Below are positions 1 through 8,517 of a stretch of 64,000 nucleotides of DNA, piece after piece. The stretch is taken from assembly GCA_049592035.1 (NCBI GenBank), contig JBAWFQ010000127.1, forward strand, positions 68 through 64,067, read 5' to 3'. Source of the stretch: Terriglobales bacterium (GTDB taxonomy: Bacteria > Acidobacteriota > Terriglobia > Terriglobales > Acidobacteriaceae). How positions within the stretch are numbered: the first letter of the stretch is position 1; each line of letters begins with the position of its first letter. A program made the position numbers and the translations under genes. A model generated the notes under the pieces. That model saw only the letters and a list, made by a program, of their open reading frames with translations, did not search any database and was not told where the DNA came from.

Positions 1-369
1 GACGGCGGCTTCTTTGCGCGCGCGGAGGATTTGCATGGGAATCAGCACCGCTATGATCACCAGCATTTCTGGCCGCTTCAGCATGAGACCTACGCCGACC
101 ACTAATAACATTCCGGAAACGTAAATTGGGTTGCGAATTCGGGAGTAGATGCCGGTGGTGACCAGTCCGGTCGCTTTCGGAACCCAGGAGAACGATTGGC
201 CGAGAGTATGGCGGGCGAGAATCGTGCCGGCCAAGCCGATCAGAGCGAGCAGGAGACCGATCCAGCGAAGCGGCCCATGCGGGGCCAGTGCGGAGCGAAA
301 TATTTCCGCGATCGCCACGAGGCCTGCGAGCGCCGGCAGGTAGACGTGCAGGATTGGTCCACGATTCAT
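1..369 (-). CDS. Isoprenylcysteine carboxyl methyltransferase / phospholipid methyltransferase family membrane protein (3' end runs off the window)
   Basis: Own minus-strand translation from ATG at 369: MNRGPILHVYLPALAGL...LVTTGIYSRIRNPIYVSGMLLVVG..., open to position 1. RNPIY motif and multi-TM character fit the family. Absent from the ORF track because it is open-ended. Confidence 0.7.
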   Translation of the reverse strand, partial: MNRGPILHVYLPALAGLVAIAEIFRSALAPHGPLRWIGLLLALIGLAGTILARHTLGQSFSWVPKATGLVTTGIYSRIRNPIYVSGMLLVVGVGLMLKRPEMLVIIAVLIPMQILRARKEAAV

Positions 370-437
370 CGCTCTTTAATGTACCTCAGGCGGCGCACGG
401 GTAGCGCCCTTTGAGCTGGCTTGCGATGTCAGGCAAA

Positions 438-538
438 CCCTTCAACGCAGAGAACGCGGAGTAAGACGCAGAGAGCGCAGAGAAACCTTAGTAAGACCGA
501 ATTTCCTCTGCGATCTCGGCGTACTCTCAGCGCGGTCT
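438..538. repeat. REP-like imperfect palindrome, family A (copy 1)
   Basis: cccttcaacgcagagaacgcggagtaagacgcagagagcgcagaga...tttcctctgcgatctcggcgtactctcagcgcgg aligns along its length with 39633-39743. Internal arms gacgcagag / ctctgcg can pair. Confidence 0.6.
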
Positions 539-613
539 AACATTGAAGGAGTTGGCCGATGTGATGAACTGCAGATCCCTCACTTCGTTCGGGATGACAA
601 AATGTGAAAATTT

Positions 614-1093
614 CTAGTCTACGAAGCCCTGGCGCACGGCGTGAATGAAATCAGTAGAGGCGGGCTCCGATCCGGAGGCGCGCATTTGTAACGCGATCTG
701 GCCGCGATGATATGCCGAGTGAAAGAGTACGTGCGTCAGGATGTCTTCTACACGGCTGGACCAGGGTTCTCCCTTGCTGTTGCGGTATTCGACTTGTTCG
801 CTGAGCGAGCCGGGGGCGAACTGATTTCCAATGCGCGCCAGATAAGTTTGCCACGCCGCCCGCATCTCGCCGGCCAGGGCTAGACAATCGCCAATCGTGG
901 AACTCGGCCATACCTTCATGCTCTGGGGCTGTTTCAGGATTCGTTCCAGCCAGAGCTTCTGGGCTGAGAGAATGTGGGCCATGCGCCCGAGCGTGTCTGG
1001 CGGAACGGACTTGGCGGTGCGCATCGCGGCCAGGCATTCGCGATTTGCCCAATCGTCGTAGGCAAACATTCTGCGGAAATCTTTGCTGTCCAT
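614..1093 (-). CDS. DinB family (DNA-damage-inducible, four-helix-bundle metal-binding) protein
   Basis: 159-aa ORF. MFAYDDWANRECLAAM...HVLFHSAYHRGQIALQMR is a typical DinB/YfiT-like signature. AAGGAG lies upstream of the ATG. Confidence 0.8.
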   Translation of the reverse strand: MDSKDFRRMFAYDDWANRECLAAMRTAKSVPPDTLGRMAHILSAQKLWLERILKQPQSMKVWPSSTIGDCLALAGEMRAAWQTYLARIGNQFAPGSLSEQVEYRNSKGEPWSSRVEDILTHVLFHSAYHRGQIALQMRASGSEPASTDFIHAVRQGFVD

Positions 1094-1206
1094 TAATACT
1101 CCTTTGACGAGATTAGGTGCGGCCGTGGCAGAGGGCTACACGAGAAACCCCTGGTGCAAAAGCATACATTGGCGCTCAAGCGCGGATATATTTTCAACGA
1201 TTTTAC

Positions 1207-1232
1207 GGCACGAGTAAACTCGTGCCCTTGCC
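1207..1232. repeat. Short hairpin repeat, family E (copy 1)
   Basis: ggcacgag-taaa-ctcgtgcc followed by cttgcc. Near-identical architecture at 62616-62640 (cacgac-tgaa-gtcgtg cccttccc). Confidence 0.5.
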
Positions 1233-1258
1233 AAACGCTATGATAGATTGTGCGTACG

Positions 1259-3202
1259 ATGAAGCGATTTGGTTTGTTTTTTTTCTCGGTGGTGCTGGTG
1301 GTTGACGCCTGGGGGCAGACTTCCGCTCCACAAAACTCGGCGCCTGACGTATACCTCATTACTATCGATACGCTGCGGGCCGATCATGTCGGTTGCTACG
1401 GATACAAGCAGGTCGAGACTCCGGCATTGGACGCGCTGGCCAGCGATGGCGTCCGCTTCACGGAGGCTTTTACTCATAGCCCGATTACGAACACTTCGCA
1501 CGCCACCATTCTCACCGGTTTACTACCCAGCGTGCATGGGGTGACTGATTTTGCAGTTCCGCTGTTGCCGCAGCATGTCACCGCAGCGGAATTGCTGAAG
1601 GCGCATGGCTACCAAACGGCGGCTTTTATCGGAGCGGTCATTCTCGACAGCAATACGCTGGCTCCCGGATTCGATCGCGGCTTCGATTTCTACGATAACT
1701 TTCCTAAGACGGATGGCCAGGATGCTGGGGGCAAGAATCCTAATAATAAGGAGCGCTGGGACCGGGTGGAGCGGCGCGGCATGGAAGTGGTGGAGCACGC
1801 CGAGGCCTGGTTCGACAAGCACCGCGATGGTCATCACTTTGTATGGGTGCATTTGTTCGACCCGCACGATCCTTATCAGCCGCCGCCGCCGTTTTTGGAG
1901 AAGTATAAAGACCATCTCTACGATGGCGAGATCGCCTATGCCGATTCGGCAGTGGCGAACTGGATTGCGTATCTGAAAAAAGCCGGTGTTTACGACAACG
2001 CGATTATCGTCGTCACGGGCGACCACGGCGAAGGGCTGGGCGAACACGGAGAAGACACGCACGGGCTGTTTCTTTATGACTCGACTCTGCATATTCCGCT
2101 CATCGTAAAAATGCCGGTGAATGGCGCGGCAGCCGCTCATCCTCCTAAAGGGAGCGGCACGGTGATTGATGCCCAGGTGCGCACCACGGACATTCTTCCG
2201 ACTATTCTTTCGGCTACGGGCGTGGCTGCACCGGCGGAACTGAACGGTGAGTCGTTGCTTCCTTTGATTGACGGGCAGACGTCGTCTTCGTCTTCCAATC
2301 GCGAACTTTTTGCCGAGACCGACTATCCGCTGCGCTGGGAGTGGGCTCCACTGCGCGCCTTGCGGGCCGACAATACCAAGTGGATCGAAGCTCCACGGCC
2401 GGAGCTCTACGACCTTCAGGCGGACCCCAAGGAGTTGAAGAATCTGTATTCTCCTCCGAGCGCTAATTCCAATTTGAAAGTCCAGGCCATGCAGGCCGAG
2501 ATAGCGAAGTGGGAGGCGAAGCTGCCACCGCGGAGCAACACGGGCAAGCCGGGAGAGAGCTTGCCGGATCCGAAAGACAAAATCGAAGTGCAGAATCTGC
2601 TGCACAATGCCATGCTGGCCAGCGACGACAATCGGGTGAGCGACGCGCGGCAGTATCTGGAAAAAGCGCTGCAGCTCGACCCTGGCGCGGCGACAACGCT
2701 CCGCCAACTCGGCGAGTTGGAACTGGGCGCGGGGGATTTCGCCAAGGCCGCGGTCCACTTGAAACGGGTGTGTGAGTTGCGTCCCTACGATTCCACAGCG
2801 GCATTGGAATGGGGCCAGGCGGCGGAGAAATTGGGCGATTGGGCGGGGGCGCGGGATGCGCTCGAAGCGAGTCTGAAGGTCGCGCCCGGTCAGACGGCTG
2901 CACGGCTGCAGCTGGGGCGCGTTTATCTCCAACTTAAAGACGGGAAGAAAGCGGAGGACGAGTTCGAGGCAGCGCTGCTGGTGGATTCGAATAACAACGA
3001 CGGGCGTTTAGGATTGGCGGAAGCGCTGATTCAGCAATCGAATTCTGCTGGAGCTTTGCCCGACCTGGAGGCGCTAACTAAGTCAGATCCGGGAAACGCC
3101 GCGGCGCTACGATTGCTGGCGCGAGCTTATCGGGGGGTGGGACGAGAGCGGGACGCCAAACGAGCTGAGGAACAGGCTGGTGCGATAGAAGGGAAGCACT
3201 AA
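1259..3202 (+). CDS. Secreted sulfatase-like (alkaline-phosphatase superfamily) enzyme fused to C-terminal TPR repeats
   Basis: Signal peptide MKRFGLFFFSVVLVVDAWGQ (ATG 1259; the ORF track starts at GTG 1250). ITIDTLRADHVGCYGY, SPITNTSHATILTG and VVTGDHGEGLGEHGE are sulfatase-fold motifs. The last ~200 aa are TPR-like (ARQYLEKALQLDP..., LGRVYLQLKDGKKAEDEFEAAL). Confidence 0.8.
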   Translation: MKRFGLFFFSVVLVVDAWGQTSAPQNSAPDVYLITIDTLRADHVGCYGYKQVETPALDALASDGVRFTEAFTHSPITNTSHATILTGLLPSVHGVTDFAVPLLPQHVTAAELLKAHGYQTAAFIGAVILDSNTLAPGFDRGFDFYDNFPKTDGQDAGGKNPNNKERWDRVERRGMEVVEHAEAWFDKHRDGHHFVWVHLFDPHDPYQPPPPFLEKYKDHLYDGEIAYADSAVANWIAYLKKAGVYDNAIIVVTGDHGEGLGEHGEDTHGLFLYDSTLHIPLIVKMPVNGAAAAHPPKGSGTVIDAQVRTTDILPTILSATGVAAPAELNGESLLPLIDGQTSSSSSNRELFAETDYPLRWEWAPLRALRADNTKWIEAPRPELYDLQADPKELKNLYSPPSANSNLKVQAMQAEIAKWEAKLPPRSNTGKPGESLPDPKDKIEVQNLLHNAMLASDDNRVSDARQYLEKALQLDPGAATTLRQLGELELGAGDFAKAAVHLKRVCELRPYDSTAALEWGQAAEKLGDWAGARDALEASLKVAPGQTAARLQLGRVYLQLKDGKKAEDEFEAALLVDSNNNDGRLGLAEALIQQSNSAGALPDLEALTKSDPGNAAALRLLARAYRGVGRERDAKRAEEQAGAIEGKH

Positions 3203-3506
3203 GTCTCTGTCAGCGAAGGGAAGACCGATCGTTGAGTGAGCGACTGCACCTTAGCTGATAGACCCCTCCTATGACGGTCTTTTGGAATCAAAGTCTTAGC
3301 GACAATTCCTTTCGCGCGGGGTTGGGGGGGGCTTTTTACTGAAAACAAACGACTTGTTGGCTTCGTTTCGCAAAATCGCTGTTTCGGCGAAAGTCAACTA
3401 TTATGAATAAACATACTTTTAATTACGACAGAACCGTGGCGCACCTCCGTCGGGCACACACAAGCACTCCTTCCTCGGCAGTTAGAGGTTGCGTAGCGCT
3501 GTCTGA

Positions 3507-4607
3507 GATGCACTCGGCTTAAAGAATCAGAAGTTGATCCTGAACGGCGTTTTTCATACCTCTTTGAAGGAGGATTCGGTCGCGGTTGCTCTAGAGAAAA
3601 GAGGACGCGAGGTACTTGCAGACATGCCGAATGGTCTAGAGAAGCTTGCCAGAATTGAAGTGCCGTTGACCGCGCAGTCGCTTATCGGAGCCGCCTCGCT
3701 ACGCCAGTTTGCGAAAGGCCACTTTGATGCGGGAAATGCTGCGCGCCACCCGCAAGCTGAAGTGAATCTTCCGCCGCCGCTTGCCACCCTGGTGCCCGAT
3801 CTGATCGCACGGGGCCAAGGCGTCATCATGACGATGGGCAAGGGTGGCGTGGGAAAGACCACGGTCGCTGCTGCGTTGGCTGTGGAACTCGCAAGCTCCG
3901 GTTATAGCGTCCATCTGACCACCACTGATCCTGCTGCCCACGTGCATCTAGCTTTGAGAGCAGCCATACCGGGTCTTCGCGTTTCGCGTATTGACCCAGT
4001 TTCTGAAACACGCGCCTACACGGAAGAAGTGATGGCGGAATCCGGGCGAGATCTCGACGAAAAAGGTCGCGCATTACTCGAAGAGGATCTGCGCTCTCCT
4101 TGCACAGAGGAGATTGCGGTATTTCGCGCTTTCGCGCGTTGCGTGGACGAGGGGAATCATGGCTTCGTGGTGATAGATACTGCCCCGACAGGACATACCT
4201 TGCTGTTGCTCGACGCGGCTGAAGCATATCACCGGGACGTTGCCCGCAACCTCAGCTGCATTCCAGACAGCGTCCGCAGGCTGCTGCTCCAATTGCGGAA
4301 CCCGGACTTTACTCGGATTGTCATTGTGACCTTGCCTGAAGCCACACCTGTACATGAGGCAGCGCGGCTTCAAGACGATCTGAATCGGGCGGGCATCACG
4401 CCCTACGCGTGGGTGATAAACCAGAGTTTTTGTGCGACCGGAACGCATGACCCTGTTCTGGCTGAACGCGGTGCGTTGGAATTGCGCTACATTGCTGAAG
4501 TGCGGGACAAACTCGCGCAAAGGCTGGCCCTGATTCCGTGGCAGTCTGAGCCGCCAGTCGGAGCGCCGGGACTGCAGCAACTCTTCATGGAGACAGTAAC
4601 CAAATGA
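3507..4607 (+). pseudogene. arsA: 5'-truncated arsA (only the tail of the A1 half, the linker and the A2 ATPase half remain)
   Basis: P-loop GKGGVGKTTVAAALA lies ~100 aa into the ORF and DTAPTGHTLLLLD follows. The preceding residues (LGLKNQKLILNGVF...EKRGREVLADMP...) resemble the end of the ArsA A1 half plus linker. An in-frame TGA at 3504-3506 and no A1 P-loop upstream. Confidence 0.6.
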
Positions 4608-4623
4608 ATCAGAGGTTCAACGA

Positions 4624-5025
4624 ATGAAGGAACTCGAACAATACTTCAAGGCTCTAGCCGATGCGAACAGGTTGCGCATCCTGAACCTTCTGCTCCACGG
4701 CGAACTGTGCGTTTGTGATATCCAGTTTGTCCTAGAGGCTCCGCAGCCGACTGTGTCGCGACATCTCGCGTACTTGAAGAACTCAGGGCTCGTGCTCGAT
4801 CGGCGAGACGGTCTCCGGATTTTCTATCGGCTCGCTCAAACGAAACAGGGCGCGACGAAGAAGCTCTTCGAGTTTTTGCGGGATGCCTACAAGAGCGAAG
4901 AACAGCTACAGGACGACACGCGCCGGTTGAAAGATGCCATTCAAGAGGGTTCCTGCACGGTGAGCGAGTGGAAGCCGTACTCGGCAGTTGGGGCAGGCAA
5001 ACCGGCGCACAGTAATCGCACCTAG
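4624..5025 (+). CDS. arsR: ArsR/SmtB family metalloregulatory repressor
   Basis: LADANRLRILNLLLHGELCVCDIQFVLEAPQPTVSRHLAYLKNSGLVLDRRDG: winged HTH with the ELCVCD metal site. GAGG lies upstream of the ATG. Confidence 0.85.
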   Translation: MKELEQYFKALADANRLRILNLLLHGELCVCDIQFVLEAPQPTVSRHLAYLKNSGLVLDRRDGLRIFYRLAQTKQGATKKLFEFLRDAYKSEEQLQDDTRRLKDAIQEGSCTVSEWKPYSAVGAGKPAHSNRT

Positions 5026-5043
5026 AACGCAAGGAATCCACGG

Positions 5044-5721
5044 ATGGCAACGACGATCCAAACACTCCCCAAGAATACGGAACGCAAACGGCTGAATCTG
5101 TTTGAGCGTTACCTGACGCTATGGGTTGGTCTCTGCATGATCACTGGCCTCGCGCTCGGCAAGTCGGCCCCTTCCGCGGTGCAAGCACTCGGGAGTATGG
5201 AGTTCGGAAAGGGCAGCCAGGTCAACGTTCCTATCGCGATTTTGATTTGGCTGATGATCATCCCGATGATGATGAAAGTGGATTTCAGTTCCATCCTGAG
5301 CATTCACCAGCGACCACGCGGGTTGCTTGTCACGCTGTTCGTGAATTGGCTGGTCAAACCATTTTCAATGGCGCTAATCGGCTGGGTATTCTTCCGTTTC
5401 GAAGTGTTTAGCGCCGGGACGCATCCGGCCGGTCTCAATCCGAATGCTGTCACGGCAATGGCTGAAATCGGAATCAACATCGCAGGAAGCCGCTCGAAGT
5501 CAGTAGACGAGTTCGCCGAACAACGGTTCGATTATGTCTTCACTGTCTGTGACAACGCGAAAGAGTCCTGCCCGATATTTCCCGGGGGTGGGAAAAGAGT
5601 GCACGAGAGCTTTAGGGACCCGGCGACTGCCCCGGCTGATCAGCAACCCGAAGTCTTCCGTAAGATACGAGATCAAATTGCGGATCGGTTGCGTGCGTTT
5701 GTGCGCAGCGAAGCTTCGTAA
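5044..5721 (+). pseudogene. In-frame chimera: N-terminal ~118 aa of ACR3 arsenite efflux permease joined to the C-terminal ~105 aa of a LMW-PTP-type arsenate reductase (ArsC)
   Basis: aa 1-118 (RLNLFERYLTLWVGLCMITG...IPMMMKVDF...LFVNWLVKPFSMALIGWVFF) are ACR3-like TM1-3. From ~aa 121 VFSAGTHPAGLNPNAVTAMAEIGINI...YVFTVCDNAKESCP...ESFRDPA matches Trx-type ArsC from about residue 33. The N-terminal CX5R P-loop is absent. Junction at ~5395-5410. Confidence 0.65.
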
Positions 5722-5859
5722 GCCTCCGTCACCGCGTTATTTAGAATATTGGCCGCAAGAAGATGTCCTCTCCAAACACCGCTGCTGCGGCAATTCCCTA
5801 ACGCGAACTCGCGGAGAACCAAAGATAGTCCGCTATAACAAGAAGAGAAGATTCCACCT

Positions 5860-6248
5860 CTATGAGCTCACGTGGGTTCGCGGTCGAGATTGTGCGGAAA
5901 CCAAGTCACGCTTCAATTCGCTTACAGTGCAGGCACCTTCCTTGATCGCAGCCTTTAACTTCTTCAGAGTCTTCGGCGAAAAGCTTGTCGCGTTCGAAGG
6001 CACCCCGCAGATATCTGAACAACAGCTTGTGATCGAGCGATGAACTGGTTGTGAGGCGATAGTACACACGATATTCATGACGACGATCGAGGACCAGTCC
6101 AGAATTCTTAAGGTAGGTCAAATGCCTCGATACGTTTGATTGTGTGGCCTCGAGGACGTACTGGATGTCACGCCCGCAAAGCTCCCATGGAACAGCAAAT
6201 TCAGAATTCGAAGCCGATTCGCGTCGGCCAGGGCCTCAAAAAAGCCAT
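5860..6248 (-). pseudogene. arsR: Inverted, frameshifted second arsR copy
   Basis: ArsR-like pieces lie in three minus-strand frames: (M)AFFEALADANRLRILNLLFHG / ELCGRDIQYVLEATQSNVSRHLTYLKNSGLVLDRRHEYRVYYRL...RGAFERDKLFAED / TLKKLKAAIKEGACTVSELK. Shifts map near the A6 run at 6238-6243, the CCC at 6184-6186 and ~5963-5976. CVCD is changed to CGRD. Confidence 0.7.
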
Positions 6249-6280
6249 TTAAGCTCGTTGAGCTTCGCGGGCCGGTTTGA

Positions 6281-8446
6281 TTACGGACAGCCGGTGCAGA
6301 GAGGAGTTCGCACGGCGTAATAGCCGAAGGACACCTGCGCCGATCCCGGACTCGGGTTCACCAAGTCGGTTTCGATGAAGAAGGCGTGACTTGGATCGAT
6401 GAAGTAGTAATCCACCGAGAATGCATAGGTGGTGGTGTTGACAACCGTGAATGCGCTGCTTTGGTTGACATTTCCGAGAGTGCCCGCGAAAGGAGCGTTG
6501 GCCGACGGGGAATTGAAGGAGCCGCCGAATTGCTGGTCTGGCAAGCTGGGAAGACCCGAGTTCGTACTACTATCGGCGAAGCCAGAAAGAGTTTGTCCGG
6601 TCGAGTCTGCATTCATCTGACCCGTGCCGTCGTTTTCGGTCCCGTTCTGCTGGGTGAAGTTTAATCCGTAGTCGCCGCTGAACGTGGGAGTCATGGTCGA
6701 TTGCGGGTAGGCGATTCCGGTTCCAATCGAGGGATAGTGGAGATTGGGCTGGGGTCCGATGTCTCCGATGCCAAGCACCAGCGCCTCACCCGCGCCGCTG
6801 GGAGTGGTGAGATAGATAAAGAGCTCGGGTTCATAGGAGGGATCAGGCGCGGGGGTGAAGCTGCTGGGAGTGATGCAGGCGCGGCCGGTCCCTGTTACTA
6901 CGGTTCCGCTCGTGGCCCCGCAGGAACTGGTTGAGGAATCGACCGCGTAGGTTGCAGTAAATTGCGCGCTGATCTGAGCCCCCGGAATTGCTCCCTTCTT
7001 GCAGGTGGATTGCACACAATTCTGCTGCAGGAAAGTGTCGGCGTAGCCGTTGCAAGAATCGTTCTGGCAACCGTTGCCATCGGCGGTGAAGAGATTTGCC
7101 GTGGTCCAGGTCGCGGGAAGGTAACTGCTGTTGACGGGAGAGAGGTCTACGCCCGTGACTCCGAAGACGTAGGGACCGTCGAAGGATGCGTTGCTAAAGT
7201 TGCCATAGCTGCCCGCGGTTTGGCCGATGGCGAGTCCGCCGGTTAGGCCTAATGAAGTAACGGTGCCGCCCGCGGCGGTGTCGGTTTCGATCATGTCTAT
7301 GTGGCTGGCGTCGACGATGTAACCGGCGAAGACGGCGGTTACAGGCTTGGGCTGGATTCCGTCGAGCAGGCCAACCAGATTGAATGTGACCTTTCCCAGG
7401 CTGTCAGGAGACGAGGATAGCTGCGAGCCGGTTAGAAACGTCGCATCGCTCAGTTTGAGATGCTCGCCAATGATTTCGTCGGTCACGCCCGAGATGGCGG
7501 TTTGGCCGGATGGGATATTAAGGACGCCGCCGAGCGCGAAGGGCGCGCTTTCGACTACGTTGGTGCCCTTCACCACGAAGGCGTAGCTTCCGGAGGGCGC
7601 GGCCACGCTAGTCCCCTGCAGATCCAAGGTTCCGACAGCGGAGGCTCCGGTCGCTGCACTGCCTAGATCCACTTGTGTGACCAGAGCCTGGGGATTCTGC
7701 GGACTACCTTGCGGATTAAGGAACACGAAAGCGAAGGTCTCGATGCCGTTGCTGCCAATGTTGGTGTCGTTGGTGTTGAGGGTTATCAGTCCCCGTCCAT
7801 CGTTGCCGAGGAAATAGGTGCCGGTGAGATTGGTGTCCGAGAGGGAACCTGAGGCGAGGTAATTCGCGGTTTGCTCGCCGTTCCTAATGTTTCCCTGTCC
7901 ATCGAGGACGAGGGCAGCCGCAATCTGGTATGGATTATTGCTGGAGTCAACTCCCTGCGCTTGGAGAACATAGGTGCCGGCTTGCAAGCTGCTGTCAAAG
8001 GTGGTGATGGTAATCGGAGCGACATAGTTGGACGACTGATATCCTTCCGCGTACGCGACAATTTCGGTGACCATGCTATTGGCGGACAGGGTTGGGGGCG
8101 CGGTAAAGGTGATAGATGCACCACTCTGGCTCGACGGACTACTAAGGGTGCCGCACGCGCTGCCTTTGGCGCTTTGACAGCTGAATTGCCAAACTACTCC
8201 GTCACTGACTATGTTCGCGGGACCCGTAATCGTGGCGGTGAGGGTTACTGTGCCGCTGACTGGGATCGAGGAGGTGCTGGTCTGAACGGTGACGGTGACG
8301 TCGGGCGGCGGTGGCGGTGGAGGATTCTGGACGTTTGCGGTGCTGCCTCCGCATCCGGCAAATAAGGAAAGCATTGCCGCCGCTAAAAGAAAGAGAATCC
8401 ATCTTTGGGTTGCCACAGCCGACCTCCTGGGATTGAGTTGCATCAT
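6281..8446 (-). CDS. Cys-rich all-beta lipoprotein C (unknown function; Ig-like domain then three repeated beta modules)
   Basis: Lipobox LSLFAGC|GG followed by a P7 tether. Ig-like segment VTVQTSTSSIPVSGTVTLTATITGP. Three modules share G(T/S)Y..., ...G.I.NG... and ...IETD (HIDMIETD, HAFFIETD). Last gene of the 17166->6281 operon. Confidence 0.75.
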   Translation of the reverse strand: MMQLNPRRSAVATQRWILFLLAAAMLSLFAGCGGSTANVQNPPPPPPPDVTVTVQTSTSSIPVSGTVTLTATITGPANIVSDGVVWQFSCQSAKGSACGTLSSPSSQSGASITFTAPPTLSANSMVTEIVAYAEGYQSSNYVAPITITTFDSSLQAGTYVLQAQGVDSSNNPYQIAAALVLDGQGNIRNGEQTANYLASGSLSDTNLTGTYFLGNDGRGLITLNTNDTNIGSNGIETFAFVFLNPQGSPQNPQALVTQVDLGSAATGASAVGTLDLQGTSVAAPSGSYAFVVKGTNVVESAPFALGGVLNIPSGQTAISGVTDEIIGEHLKLSDATFLTGSQLSSSPDSLGKVTFNLVGLLDGIQPKPVTAVFAGYIVDASHIDMIETDTAAGGTVTSLGLTGGLAIGQTAGSYGNFSNASFDGPYVFGVTGVDLSPVNSSYLPATWTTANLFTADGNGCQNDSCNGYADTFLQQNCVQSTCKKGAIPGAQISAQFTATYAVDSSTSSCGATSGTVVTGTGRACITPSSFTPAPDPSYEPELFIYLTTPSGAGEALVLGIGDIGPQPNLHYPSIGTGIAYPQSTMTPTFSGDYGLNFTQQNGTENDGTGQMNADSTGQTLSGFADSSTNSGLPSLPDQQFGGSFNSPSANAPFAGTLGNVNQSSAFTVVNTTTYAFSVDYYFIDPSHAFFIETDLVNPSPGSAQVSFGYYAVRTPLCTGCP

Positions 8447-8517
8447 CTTGCCTTCATCGCATCGAGTTCTGAAACTTCACTGCCATGCCACACAATCTTC
8501 GCCGCAGACGCGTGTGC

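Noticed and set aside
1523-2932. 469-aa minus-strand ORF antisense to the sulfatase-like gene
   Set aside because: Arg/Pro/Gln-rich with no recognisable motif, and it fully overlaps a gene with clear family signatures. This is a typical GC-rich antisense artefact. The same applies to 19904-20812, 32045-32896, 33236-33991 and the other long shadows.
3203-3506. AT-rich non-coding stretch upstream of the truncated arsA, examined for IS ends or att sites
   Set aside because: Only a weak imperfect inverted repeat is present (gttggcttcgtttcg / cggcgaaagtcaac). No transposase remnant or terminal inverted repeat pair was recognisable, so it is treated as a deletion scar of unknown origin.
5534-6043. 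169-aa plus-strand ORF crossing the arsC end into the inverted arsR remnant
   Set aside because: Its 5' part is an alternative frame of the ArsC-like segment and its 3' part is antisense to ArsR-like coding sequence. No family resemblance.
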